This document shows positions 20,189 through 30,012 of a DNA stretch of 64,000 nt, piece after piece. The stretch comes from an uncultured Thermoplasmatales archaeon. GTDB lineage: Archaea > Thermoplasmatota > E2 > DHVEG-1. The notes under the pieces are model-generated. The model was not told the origin of the DNA, searched no databases, and saw only the letters and a program-made list of their open reading frames with translations. Position numbers and translations under genes: made by a program. The stretch lies in assembly GCA_964410735.1 (NCBI GenBank), contig CAYPIF010000052.1, positions 7,132-71,131 on the forward strand, in the 5' to 3' direction. Within the stretch, counting starts at the first letter, position 1. The number at the start of each line of letters is the position of its first letter.

Positions 20189-20413
20189 CTAAAATTTAAG
20201 ATGGGCATCAAGAAGCCCATGTCCGTAATTGATGCACCCAAATGCGGTAAAATAATCTTTTTTTACATCTAAATAGTATTTCGCATCCGAATAATATTGA
20301 GTCGCAAGAGTGATACAGGGATGTTGTAGCAGTTGTTCATCTTTTTCTTTGAGCGTTCTAATGTTTTCCTCAAACATCACTATGTCCTTTTTGATTCGTG
20401 TTTGTTCATCCAT
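20189..20413 (-). CDS. DUF357-family protein
   Basis: YYSDAKYYL...AFGCINYGHGLLDA signature. Confidence 0.85.
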   Translation of the reverse strand: MDEQTRIKKDIVMFEENIRTLKEKDEQLLQHPCITLATQYYSDAKYYLDVKKDYFTAFGCINYGHGLLDAHLKF

Positions 20414-20650
20414 AGGTTATCAGTACAGAAAAAGAAGGAAGATGTTCTTTTAATTTTGTATGTAAATACCAGGGGATGAAAAGATTTTTTTTTATCCAGC
20501 TGCTCCTCGCTTTTTCCGGTTCTATCATCTCTTTATTTCTCTTATTCTTCAATCAAATATGGTCCCTTACTACATGTAGTGCTCTACATCAAGAAACCTC
20601 CATTTTATCTATGAATCTCCTTTTTTTGTCGCTTTCATTCCGATAAAATG

Positions 20651-20675
20651 TTTTGTCGTTTCGACGACGACAAAA
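20651..20675. promoter_or_regulatory. Inverted repeat, candidate operator of the regulator-MMPL operon
   Basis: TTTTGTCGT-N7-ACGACAAAA perfect 9-bp arms, about 10 nt upstream of a TATTTAAA TATA-like box. Confidence 0.5.
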
Positions 20676-20745
20676 TGGAAAAGTATTTAAATTGGCAAAT
20701 CAACATTTTTTATGAATTTTATTTAATAAAAATGGTGTTTACTCA

Positions 20746-21153
20746 ATGGGGAAAACTGGGATGCCAAAAAACAAACGTCTTGAACTCGCGATTCGCGATA
20801 TCCTTAAATCCCAGTCTCAATCTAGGATTTATCTCTATCTTTTAAGAAAAAATGAAGCAAAGACAGAGGATATCATCAAAGGAACCCATTTACATCCAAG
20901 CACGGTAAGAGAAACATTAGCTAAGATGTACTCTGCAAAGTTGATCTTTCGAAAAAAACTAAAGAATGATAACATCGGAAAGAATCCCTTTTTGTATTAT
21001 CCTCTTCCCCCTTTGGATCTGATAAAACGATATGCCTCTGAGATCGAGGATCGATTGAACAATATCGCTAGCTTTGCATCACAAAAAGCGCCAGTTGAGG
21101 AATCATTTAGGCCGGTGAAAATAAAGATCTCTAACCGAGACGAGATAAAATGA
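20746..21153 (+). CDS. TrmB-like winged-helix transcriptional regulator
   Basis: SRIYLYLL...EDIIKGT.LHPSTVRETL...GKNPFLY.P.PP; overlaps the downstream transporter (ATGA). Confidence 0.8.
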   Translation: MGKTGMPKNKRLELAIRDILKSQSQSRIYLYLLRKNEAKTEDIIKGTHLHPSTVRETLAKMYSAKLIFRKKLKNDNIGKNPFLYYPLPPLDLIKRYASEIEDRLNNIASFASQKAPVEESFRPVKIKISNRDEIK

Positions 21154-23396
21154 ACATTCGACCACTTGCAAAATTACTTGTCACCCGACCACGTACGGTC
21201 ATCATAGCCTATACGCTGTTGACACTTGTTGTTGCAAGTAAAGCTACCAATATTTACATGGAATCCGATTTGACCTCGTTTCTCCCATCATCTGATCCAA
21301 CGGTACAACTTTGGCAGAAGATGAATGATGAATTCCAAATCGGGAATATTATCATCATCTATGTTGAGGCCGATGATGTACGCAGCCCTGAGGTGTTACA
21401 AGAGATGGATAGGGTTACGACGTATTCTCTTGTTAATAAATATGAAAGTGATAACGGGGTCTATGATGGCATCTACTCGGCGAAGAGCCTTGCCCAATAC
21501 ATAAAAGAGGAAAACGGGAAATCTGAGATACCGGGGGGTCTTGGTGGAACTGGTGTCTATGAAGTACCTGATGATTCTTCTTTGATTTTCAAATATATGT
21601 CACGGTTGACGATACAAGAGGTCAAAGGAACATTGTTCACCAATGATTACAAGGTTGCTGTGATTTTGCTGCAACTTTCAGAGGATGCGAATTATGATGA
21701 GATCCAACAACGGGTTGAGGAAGCGATTGCACGGAGAGGCACGTTTTTCACTGAGATGACGATAACCGGGACCACTGCGATGCAGAATGCTATACGTGAT
21801 AATAGCATGGAATATTTCCAAATTATTTTTATCATCGCTATTGCTTTTGTATCAATTGTTCTCCTGATATTCCATCGAACGATCAAAGGTGTCATCATTG
21901 CGTTGTTTCCAATGGCGTATTCGATAGCGTTGACCTTTGGTGTACTTGGATCAATACAACCTGAATTAACATTGTTATCTATTTCGATTATTGCCTTGCT
22001 CCTAGGGTTAGGCGTTGATTATTCTGTTCACTTGATGAATCGATTTGCTGAAGAACAAGCCAAGGCTACTGACGTCATTGATCAGACCGAAACGATTCTA
22101 CGGACCTCGGGGAAGGCGATTTTACTTTCAACTGTTACAACGATAATCGGTTTTGCATCTTTGATGATATCAAGTATGTATCCGATTGTGTTGTTTGGTT
22201 TTGGTTGTGCTATAGGGATACTTTTTTCATTTATATCCACGGTGATATTGACGCCATCTTTGTCTGTAATGTTAAAATTCAAACGAGATGGTCAGATACC
22301 TCGATGGGATAAACTCGCGGAGATCATCATGGACAATAAGATGCGAATCATTGTTATTGCAGTGTTTTTTGCAATAATGTCATTATTGGTCCTACCTCAG
22401 ACAGAAACAGATGTCAATTATCTTGATATGGCGCCTCAGGGGATACCCGAGGTGGACAAACTGATTGAGTATTCAGAGAATTTTGGTGGAGCTAGCTTTA
22501 ACGCACTTCTTATAGAAACGGAACCTCAAGGTTTGACGTATCCGGAGGTCATTGATGCGATTTATGAGATGGAAGAGGAAATGAGAATGAATGACATCGA
22601 TCTGTACTCTGTGGCCGATGGTGTGAAACAGGTTAATGATATCCTCGAAAGAAATGAGATCATCTCGAGTCTTAGCGAATATGCTGGTGTCGATGAGATC
22701 ATCTTTGATCGTGTTGCTCAAGAAGGATTGGTCGATAAGGATTTTTCAAAAACAATCATCCTTGTCTATATACCCACTGGCCTAAGTATGGAGGATATTG
22801 AAAAGAAAGTGACCATTATCAATAGTATCGCAGCAAGTACAGAGATACCTCATAATGGGCATATCTCTGAACTCACCGGTCAAGATGCGATCAATGTGGC
22901 TATTAATAAGAAACTTACAGATGAACAGACCCAATCGATGATCATAGCGATTCTTTTGGTTCTTGCAGCATTGATCTTTATTTTTAGTTCTTCGCTTTAT
23001 GGTTTCCTCACCATGATACCAGTTGCATTTGTATTGATGTGGGAACCTGGTTTCTTGGTCGGATTTAACATTCCTCTGAATGTGATTACGATATCGATTG
23101 CTTCTATTATGATAGGTATTGGCATCGATTATGGTGTGCATATTACCCTTAGGGTCCGTGAGGAGATGGAAAATGGGCTGTCTAAATCAAAGGCGACAAA
23201 AGTTGCCATCGAACGAACTGGTTTATCACTTACAGAAGCAGCATTGACAACTGTTGCAGGTATCGGGGCGATGTTCTTTGTCAATATCCCAGCTTTACAG
23301 GAATTTGCGATCGTCATCATATTAATGACCGCGTTTTCTTGTGTTGGTGCAGTTTTGATCCTACCGGGCTTTTATGGTTTAAAATTCCTCAAATAA
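21150..23396 (+). CDS. MMPL/RND-family transporter (HAE3-like)
   Basis: Two repeats with GLGVDYSVH and GIGIDYGVH motifs, about 12 TM segments and two extracellular loops. Confidence 0.92.
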   Translation: MNIRPLAKLLVTRPRTVIIAYTLLTLVVASKATNIYMESDLTSFLPSSDPTVQLWQKMNDEFQIGNIIIIYVEADDVRSPEVLQEMDRVTTYSLVNKYESDNGVYDGIYSAKSLAQYIKEENGKSEIPGGLGGTGVYEVPDDSSLIFKYMSRLTIQEVKGTLFTNDYKVAVILLQLSEDANYDEIQQRVEEAIARRGTFFTEMTITGTTAMQNAIRDNSMEYFQIIFIIAIAFVSIVLLIFHRTIKGVIIALFPMAYSIALTFGVLGSIQPELTLLSISIIALLLGLGVDYSVHLMNRFAEEQAKATDVIDQTETILRTSGKAILLSTVTTIIGFASLMISSMYPIVLFGFGCAIGILFSFISTVILTPSLSVMLKFKRDGQIPRWDKLAEIIMDNKMRIIVIAVFFAIMSLLVLPQTETDVNYLDMAPQGIPEVDKLIEYSENFGGASFNALLIETEPQGLTYPEVIDAIYEMEEEMRMNDIDLYSVADGVKQVNDILERNEIISSLSEYAGVDEIIFDRVAQEGLVDKDFSKTIILVYIPTGLSMEDIEKKVTIINSIAASTEIPHNGHISELTGQDAINVAINKKLTDEQTQSMIIAILLVLAALIFIFSSSLYGFLTMIPVAFVLMWEPGFLVGFNIPLNVITISIASIMIGIGIDYGVHITLRVREEMENGLSKSKATKVAIERTGLSLTEAALTTVAGIGAMFFVNIPALQEFAIVIILMTAFSCVGAVLILPGFYGLKFLK

Positions 23397-23479
23397 GAAT
23401 ATTCTGGAGTTTCCGTTATCAAGGCGAAAAGGTAATTACAATTGTGTTAGATTAAAAAATAAAATTGTGGTTTAGGACA

Positions 23480-24214
23480 TTACGGTGTATCACTGATTAT
23501 CTCTCTTTCTAGGGTCATGATGCCCTGCGTGCTACCAACAATGACCTGATGAACAAGACCAATGAAAAGCCCGTTCTCAACGACTCCGGGTATCATGTTG
23601 ATATCCTGTTCCATCTGCTCTGGATTAAGGATCCTCTCAAATTCGCAATCTAAGATGTAATTACCATTATCGGTTATGAATGGGTCATCCATGATCTTTC
23701 GTAAAGTGACCTCGCAGCCAAATGCTTCAAGAGCATGTTTTGTAGCCTCCCATTCGAATTTTACAACTTCGACAGGTAATGGAAAATCAATACCCAACAT
23801 TTTCACGACCTTTGAATCATCCACAACAATAATCAATCGTTTTGAGTTAAATGCTATTATCTTCTCCCGTGTTAATGCCCCTCCGCCTCCTTTGATAAGA
23901 TTGAGATTCGAGTCTACTTCATCAGCTCCATCGATTGTAAGATCGGCCTCTGGATGATCTTTTAATGAGGTAAGTGGGATTTTCTCTTGTATCGCAAGTT
24001 TTTTTGTCTGCCCGGATGTTGGTATCCCTTGAATAGAAAGTCCATCCCTGACAAGAACACCTATTTTCTTAATAGCATATTTTACTGTTGATCCCGTCCC
24101 TAAGCCAACGATCATACCATCTTTGATTTGATCGACTGCTTTCTCGGCAGCTAGCTTCTTCATTTCTTCTTGATTCACCGATTCACCATATACCTTAATA
24201 CATCGGTAGTACAA
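23480..24214 (-). CDS. rpiA: Ribose-5-phosphate isomerase A
   Basis: GLGTGST, DGADEVD, IKGGGGALTREKI, PGVVENGLF. The real start is probably GTG 24178. Confidence 0.96.
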   Translation of the reverse strand: MYYRCIKVYGESVNQEEMKKLAAEKAVDQIKDGMIVGLGTGSTVKYAIKKIGVLVRDGLSIQGIPTSGQTKKLAIQEKIPLTSLKDHPEADLTIDGADEVDSNLNLIKGGGGALTREKIIAFNSKRLIIVVDDSKVVKMLGIDFPLPVEVVKFEWEATKHALEAFGCEVTLRKIMDDPFITDNGNYILDCEFERILNPEQMEQDINMIPGVVENGLFIGLVHQVIVGSTQGIMTLEREIISDTP

Positions 24215-24254
24215 AAATTTATACTAACTAGTGTTATTACATGGTGTGAGCGTT

Positions 24255-24923
24255 ATGTTAGGTGAATGCAATCAACATGGATATTTCAGGGGCGAAGTAT
24301 GTCCGGTATGTGATGAAAAAGGAAAATTCCTGATGAATGATAAGGAATTAAATGCATTAAGTCGTATCATTGCAGGGGCTCTCCGCCATTTCCCGGAAAA
24401 ACTAGGGTTAATGATGGATGGTCATGGATATGTTGAGATAGCTGAACTTATCGATGCAATCGGTACGTCTCGATCAGGTTTCACCTGGTTACGTCCACAT
24501 CATATTGTTGCATTGGCCCAAACAGATCCACGTAGCAGATATCAGATAGATGGAGGTATGATCAGAGCCAAATATGGGCATTCCATCAAGGTTGATCTAA
24601 GTGATCTTCCACCTGTTTATACTGATGATTTGTACTATCCTGTTACTGAAGAAGAATCAGATATGGTCATTGAAGGTGGTATACATCCAGTTGATCGTTC
24701 AAAGGTTCATCTAAGCACAAGTCTGAAAAAGGCTGTGGAGGCGGGTGTTGTTCGGGCGGACCATCCGATGATACTAAAGGTTGATGGGGCTGCAGCTCGA
24801 AAAGATGGTGTTAATATCTATCAGGCAACCGATGATGTTTGTGTGACAGATGGCATTGATGCTAAATATCTTTCAAAGGTTGATGAGAAAGAAGTTGAAG
24901 AGATTTTGAACGAAAAGTCTTAA
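24255..24923 (+). CDS. kptA: RNA 2'-phosphotransferase (Tpt1/KptA)
   Basis: N-terminal CxxHG.FRG..CPxC, LRHFP, IRAKYGHS, VHLS. Confidence 0.92.
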   Translation: MLGECNQHGYFRGEVCPVCDEKGKFLMNDKELNALSRIIAGALRHFPEKLGLMMDGHGYVEIAELIDAIGTSRSGFTWLRPHHIVALAQTDPRSRYQIDGGMIRAKYGHSIKVDLSDLPPVYTDDLYYPVTEEESDMVIEGGIHPVDRSKVHLSTSLKKAVEAGVVRADHPMILKVDGAAARKDGVNIYQATDDVCVTDGIDAKYLSKVDEKEVEEILNEKS

Positions 24924-24957
24924 GAAGTATTCCTGTATTGTCGCGTAAGATTTTTAT

Positions 24958-25031
24958 GGGCTTGTAGCTCAGCTAGGTAGAGCAATCGGCTCTTAACCGA
25001 TTGGCCTGGGGTTCGAATCCCCACAAGCCCG
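24958..25031 (+). tRNA. tRNA-Lys(CTT)
   Basis: GGGCTTG...ATCGG-CTCTTAA-CCGAT...GTTCGAATC...CAAGCCCG cloverleaf. Confidence 0.95.
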
Positions 25032-25348
25032 TACGATCCCATTTTACATTTTTTTTCATATGATTTCATACAAAAATTGACCATTTTTAACAGTAATTAA
25101 ATTCTAATGTAAAGGAGAAATTTATTCTTATTTTGTTAAAAATTCTGGTTAGATTTGCTGCAAATGTATTTTGTTCAAATGATTCAATAATTTTAGAGAT
25201 AATTGAAAAATTTTTTTATTATTTTCATATTATCATAATTATTGTTGTTTTCAAATGTTGTCCTCATTTAAATACTCCTTGGTTTATTCTTATTTTTTTA
25301 GATAATCTTATATTACCCTTTCACATAACGTTGGTTGAACACTGGAGG

Positions 25349-25744
25349 ATGCTTGTGAGGAGCATAACGTCATTATATGGAGAGAATGCAGGGAGAATTT
25401 GGCAATTGGTCAATGAAAAAACCTCTGCAGATGAACAAACCATCAAACAATCTACGATGATGAATAAGGAAAACTTCCATGCGGCTGTAGGCTGGCTTGC
25501 CCGTGAGGACAAAATAAAAAGGACAGGGGATGTCTATAGCTTAGATTCAACAAACCTTTCACAGGATATTGGTTCTGTTGCGGGACGGGTTTGGAAGATC
25601 CTTGATATCTGGGAAGAGGCAGATTTGCAAACATTAAAAAAGCTGGCGGATATGTCAGATGAAGAAGTATATGCTGGTCTAGGGTGGCTGGCGAGAGAAG
25701 GTAAGATTGATAAAACAGAACAGGATAGATATTACCTAAAATAG
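25349..25744 (+). CDS. Tandem DUF2582-type winged-helix protein
   Basis: Two repeats of G.xAG.(I/V)W..L...A.GWLARE.KI. The track's N-terminal extension lies in AT-rich intergenic DNA; start is ATG 25349 or GTG 25355 after GGAGG. Confidence 0.8.
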   Translation: MLVRSITSLYGENAGRIWQLVNEKTSADEQTIKQSTMMNKENFHAAVGWLAREDKIKRTGDVYSLDSTNLSQDIGSVAGRVWKILDIWEEADLQTLKKLADMSDEEVYAGLGWLAREGKIDKTEQDRYYLK

Positions 25745-25774
25745 AACAGGTATTTGTTAACTAAAGGGTTAAGA

Positions 25775-26890
25775 ATGAAAGTCGCTATGATTGGCTGGGA
25801 ATACCCACCATTTAAGGCGGGAGGCCTTGGAACTCATTGTTATGGGCTTACCAGGGGTCTAGCCGATAAGAATGTTCATGTTGATTTCTACATGCCCAAG
25901 ACGAACAAGAGGGCGACTAGTGATAACCCTAATTTGCGGATCATTGAGGTTGGAGAGACAACTATCTTTCCGTATGATCGGCCGAATGATAAAGAACTTG
26001 AGGGTAATTTTTTCGAAAGTGTGTACCGCTATAATGATCTTGTTGTCCAGAAGGTCAATGGGAAGTATGATGCGGTTCATGTGCATGATTGGCTGACGAT
26101 GAAAGCAGGTATCCAATTAAAGGAGAAGCTTGGGGTACCGTTGATCGTTAGTGTTCATTCCACAGAATATGATCGGTCTGGTTGGTTATCCCCGAATCAA
26201 TGGTTCATAGATATTGAACGTGAGGGGATGGAAAAAGCTGATACGATCATCGCCGTGAGTCATTTCACCAAACGTATCTGCGTGGAGAAATATGGTATCG
26301 ATCCAAATAAGATCCATGTTGTCCATAATGCAGTGTACCCTCTTGGTGAACAAGAGAAGAAGGATGTTGTCCTGTTCCTTGGACGACTGACCATTCAAAA
26401 AGGACCAGAGTTCTTCTTACAAGCCGCGAAAAAGGTGCTTGATTACGGGATGAAAACACAGTTTGTTGTCGCAGGGGATGGAGATATGCTCCCACGACTG
26501 ATCGACACCGCGGTCAATCTAGGAATATCTCCTTCTGTGATATTCACCGGGTTGTTAACCGAAGAAGAGGTTCGTCATATTTACCAAATATCTAACGTGT
26601 ATGTGATGCCTTCTGTGAGTGAACCCTTTGGAATCACTGCCCTAGAAGCGATTTCTGCGGGAACACCAACGATTGTCTCGAAAACAGCGGGTGTTGCTGA
26701 GGCATTGAGCCATTGTCTTACAGTGGACTTCTGGGATGTTGATGAGATGGCAAACAAGATTATTTCGCTGTTGAAATATGATGAGCTTCACAGAACCCTT
26801 TCACGTGAGGGGAAAAAGGAGATTGATCTTTTCACTTGGGATAGAGTTGCTGATAAGACCATTGAGGTCTATAATGGAGCAATGATGTAG
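25775..26890 (+). CDS. GT4 glycosyltransferase, probable glycogen synthase
   Basis: GWEYPP...GGLG, HDWLT, HSTEYDR, PSVSEPFGITALEA; context with GH57, debranching enzyme and phosphorylase. Confidence 0.88.
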   Translation: MKVAMIGWEYPPFKAGGLGTHCYGLTRGLADKNVHVDFYMPKTNKRATSDNPNLRIIEVGETTIFPYDRPNDKELEGNFFESVYRYNDLVVQKVNGKYDAVHVHDWLTMKAGIQLKEKLGVPLIVSVHSTEYDRSGWLSPNQWFIDIEREGMEKADTIIAVSHFTKRICVEKYGIDPNKIHVVHNAVYPLGEQEKKDVVLFLGRLTIQKGPEFFLQAAKKVLDYGMKTQFVVAGDGDMLPRLIDTAVNLGISPSVIFTGLLTEEEVRHIYQISNVYVMPSVSEPFGITALEAISAGTPTIVSKTAGVAEALSHCLTVDFWDVDEMANKIISLLKYDELHRTLSREGKKEIDLFTWDRVADKTIEVYNGAMM

Positions 26891-26891
26891 T

Positions 26892-28073
26892 GTGACATCG
26901 GTTTGTTTTTATTTTGAAGTGCACCAGCCTATGAGAGTGAATCGGTTCTCAGTGTTTCAGATCGGTAGTTCTGCTTCTCCTTATGAGTATTTCAATCATC
27001 ATTTGAATCAAAAGATCTTTGAAAAAGTCGCGAAAAAATGTTACCTTCCAACCAATAATGCTATTTTGGAGCTTATAGAACAATTTGATAAAAAATTCAA
27101 GGTTTCTTTTAGTCTTACCGGTACGTTTGTTGAATATTGCCAGAAACATATGCCTGAGATCATTGATAGTTTTCGGGCGCTTGTTGATACCGGTGCTGTT
27201 GATCTTATAGAGGAGACATATTTTCATTCTCTGTCAAGTTTATATGATGAACTTGATGAGTTTGAAGAGCAGGTCCTGATGCATAAATATATGCTCAAGG
27301 ATTTGTTCAATTATAGGGCAACTGTTTTCCGTAACACAGAAGCGATTTTTGATAACCGGATTGCGGCAAAGGTTTCAGATATGGGCTATAAAGGTATCAT
27401 CACGGAGGGTGCGGAAAAGACCCTTGGCTGGCGATCACCAAACTTCCTTTATAAACCAGTGAATTCTGATATAAAAGTACTCATGAGGAATTATTCTCTG
27501 AGTGATGATGTTGGATTCCGTTTCTCTGCCCGTGGATGGTCAGGTTTTCCACTAACTGCTGATAAATATGCTGGTTGGATGGCACAGAATCAAGGGGATC
27601 TGATCAATCTTTTCATGGATTATGAGACCTTTGGGGAGCATCAATGGGAGGATACCGGTATCTTTGATTTCCTCAGACATCTCCCGGGGCAGGTCCTGAA
27701 CCATGATCATATGGATTTTGTGACGGTTGGTGAGGCTATCAGACGGTATCAACCGGTGGGCGAGATCGATGTACCTTGGGCGATTTCCTGGGCGGACGAG
27801 GACCGTGATGTGAGTACCTGGCTTGGTAATGATATGCAACATGCTTGTTTCAGGGAACTGCAGGATGTAGGCCGGCAGGTAAAAGAACGAAATGATCCTA
27901 GCTTACTTGACGCCTGGAGAAAACTTCAAACCTCTGATCATCTGTATTATATCTCTACCAAAGGGTTTGAGGATGGAGCGGTACATAGTTACTTTAGCCA
28001 TTATGATACTCCCTATGATGGTTTTATCAATTATATGAACATCCTTCAGGATTTTAAACAGAAATTTATCTAG
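26892..28073 (+). CDS. GH57 alpha-amylase family protein
   Basis: FEVHQP, ETYFHSL, FRNTE, LSDDVGFRF, MDYETFGEH, LQTSDHLYY. Confidence 0.93.
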   Translation: MTSVCFYFEVHQPMRVNRFSVFQIGSSASPYEYFNHHLNQKIFEKVAKKCYLPTNNAILELIEQFDKKFKVSFSLTGTFVEYCQKHMPEIIDSFRALVDTGAVDLIEETYFHSLSSLYDELDEFEEQVLMHKYMLKDLFNYRATVFRNTEAIFDNRIAAKVSDMGYKGIITEGAEKTLGWRSPNFLYKPVNSDIKVLMRNYSLSDDVGFRFSARGWSGFPLTADKYAGWMAQNQGDLINLFMDYETFGEHQWEDTGIFDFLRHLPGQVLNHDHMDFVTVGEAIRRYQPVGEIDVPWAISWADEDRDVSTWLGNDMQHACFRELQDVGRQVKERNDPSLLDAWRKLQTSDHLYYISTKGFEDGAVHSYFSHYDTPYDGFINYMNILQDFKQKFI

Positions 28074-28143
28074 ATTTCATGTTTGGTATGTTGTAATGAA
28101 AGTATCTCAATTGTATCATGTATCATACTGGGTGAGGTAGCAT

Positions 28144-30012
28144 ATGAGAGAATGGATTGTTACGAATGGACTTGGAGGGTACACCTTTTTTAATACAATG
28201 CAAAATGCAACAAGGAAATTCCATGGTTTACTCGTAGGAAGCCTTCATCCACCTGTTGAACGCTGGATGTTCATTCAGAATATTCTTGACCGTGTGATCA
28301 TCGGTAATAAAACATATCATCTTTATGATATGAAACCAACCTTCTCCTTTGATCTCTTTCCGACCTTGACCTATCAGTTCAATGGATCCGTCATTCAAAA
28401 AACATTTTGTATGCCCCATGGGCAGAATACGGCTCTCATCAAATATGATATCCATACAGATCAACCTTTATCCCTTATCCACGAACCATTGGTCACCTCT
28501 CGTCATTTCTATGATGTATATCCAACGGTCCCATGGATCGATTTTGATATTGAACAAAAAAAAGATCATCTCCTTGTAAAACCATCAAATGTTAGACAGA
28601 AGCTATTGATCCAAGTGCCTGAGGGCGTTTATCAAAAAAACCCTTATTGGTCACCTATTTTTTATCCCGTAGATTATCAAAGGAATGATTCATGCCATGA
28701 TCATCTTTTCCATATGGGACGATGTATAAAACAGATCGAGACCTCATCGAGTTATTTCATAACAGCGACTATTGAAAAAACTCTTCCTAAAAATCCTGAT
28801 TCTCTTTTCCAGGATGAATTAAAAGGGAAACAAACCCTGCTTGAAGAAGCAGATGTTCCTTTCAAATACCATCGATTAGTGATCTCTTCCGACACATTTC
28901 TTGTGAAGAAAGGGGAGCATACAACGGTTATCGCTGGTTATCCCTGGTTCAGTGACTGGGGCCGAGACACCCTTATCGCGCTTCCAGGTCTCACCTTGGT
29001 TACAAATAGACATATGCTTGCGAAAGATATTCTCCTTGAGCTCCATCAGACCTGTAAACATGGTATTATCCCTAATACCTATAATGATAGGGATGCTGAA
29101 CCAGCATACAACACCGTTGATGCATCTTTATGGTTCATCGATCGTGTCTATCAATACATGAGATACACCGATGATAAGGAGCTTCTCAAAACAGTCTATC
29201 CGACACTTCAATCGATCGTTCATCATTATCAACAAGGAACGCTCCATGGTATTCATATGGATGGGGATTATCTTATTTCTCATGACCCCGGATTAACATG
29301 GATGGATGTGAAACTCGGTGACTTCTACCCTACCCCACGAGGTAACAAAGCGGTGGAGATCCAGGCGTTATGGTATAATGCTCTCTCGATAATGGGACTT
29401 TTCTCACAAATACTTGGCGAGGTTGATACCTATTCTGATCTTTCGAAAGAGGTCAAGAGTTCCTTTTTGGACGTCTATGATGAACAATATGATGTTATTG
29501 GAGATAAGGATGCATCGATACGACCAAATAAAATATTCCTTGTGTCCCTTCCATTCAATATGATAGATGATCGATTGCAATCAGACATCGTTCAAAATAT
29601 TCAGGACCATCTGCTCACTGTTTTTGGCCTGAGGACCTTATCCCCTAAAGATCCAAATTACAAAGGAACATATTTCGGTAATTACCATAAGGATGTTGCG
29701 TATCATAATGGTACGGTATGGCCATGGCTCCTCGGTTCATTCATCACAGCATTTTTAAAAACACATCGATATGAGAAACAATGGCGAGATCATGCATATA
29801 AAGAATTCATTGAGCCGCTTTTACATATCTATGGGGATAAATGGGATGGCTCTATCCATGAGATATTCGATGCTGATCCTCCATATGCGCCACGTGGTTG
29901 TGTTGCTCAAGCATGGAGCGTTAGTGAGATCCTTCGTGCACTGATCGAAGATATCGAGCAAAAACGACCGCCATATGAGAAAAGATACGAATTAGATGAA
30001 ATACGCGTTTAG
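28144..30012 (+). CDS. Glycogen debranching enzyme (amylo-alpha-1,6-glucosidase)
   Basis: REWIVTNGLGGY, AGYPWFSDWGRDT, TWMD, EIQALWYNAL, YHNGTVWPWL, AQAWSV. Confidence 0.93.
   Translation: MREWIVTNGLGGYTFFNTMQNATRKFHGLLVGSLHPPVERWMFIQNILDRVIIGNKTYHLYDMKPTFSFDLFPTLTYQFNGSVIQKTFCMPHGQNTALIKYDIHTDQPLSLIHEPLVTSRHFYDVYPTVPWIDFDIEQKKDHLLVKPSNVRQKLLIQVPEGVYQKNPYWSPIFYPVDYQRNDSCHDHLFHMGRCIKQIETSSSYFITATIEKTLPKNPDSLFQDELKGKQTLLEEADVPFKYHRLVISSDTFLVKKGEHTTVIAGYPWFSDWGRDTLIALPGLTLVTNRHMLAKDILLELHQTCKHGIIPNTYNDRDAEPAYNTVDASLWFIDRVYQYMRYTDDKELLKTVYPTLQSIVHHYQQGTLHGIHMDGDYLISHDPGLTWMDVKLGDFYPTPRGNKAVEIQALWYNALSIMGLFSQILGEVDTYSDLSKEVKSSFLDVYDEQYDVIGDKDASIRPNKIFLVSLPFNMIDDRLQSDIVQNIQDHLLTVFGLRTLSPKDPNYKGTYFGNYHKDVAYHNGTVWPWLLGSFITAFLKTHRYEKQWRDHAYKEFIEPLLHIYGDKWDGSIHEIFDADPPYAPRGCVAQAWSVSEILRALIEDIEQKRPPYEKRYELDEIRV

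Noticed and set aside
25133..25348. N-terminal hydrophobic extension of the DUF2582 protein
   Set aside because: It is AT-rich low-complexity intergenic sequence, and the paralog alignment starts later.
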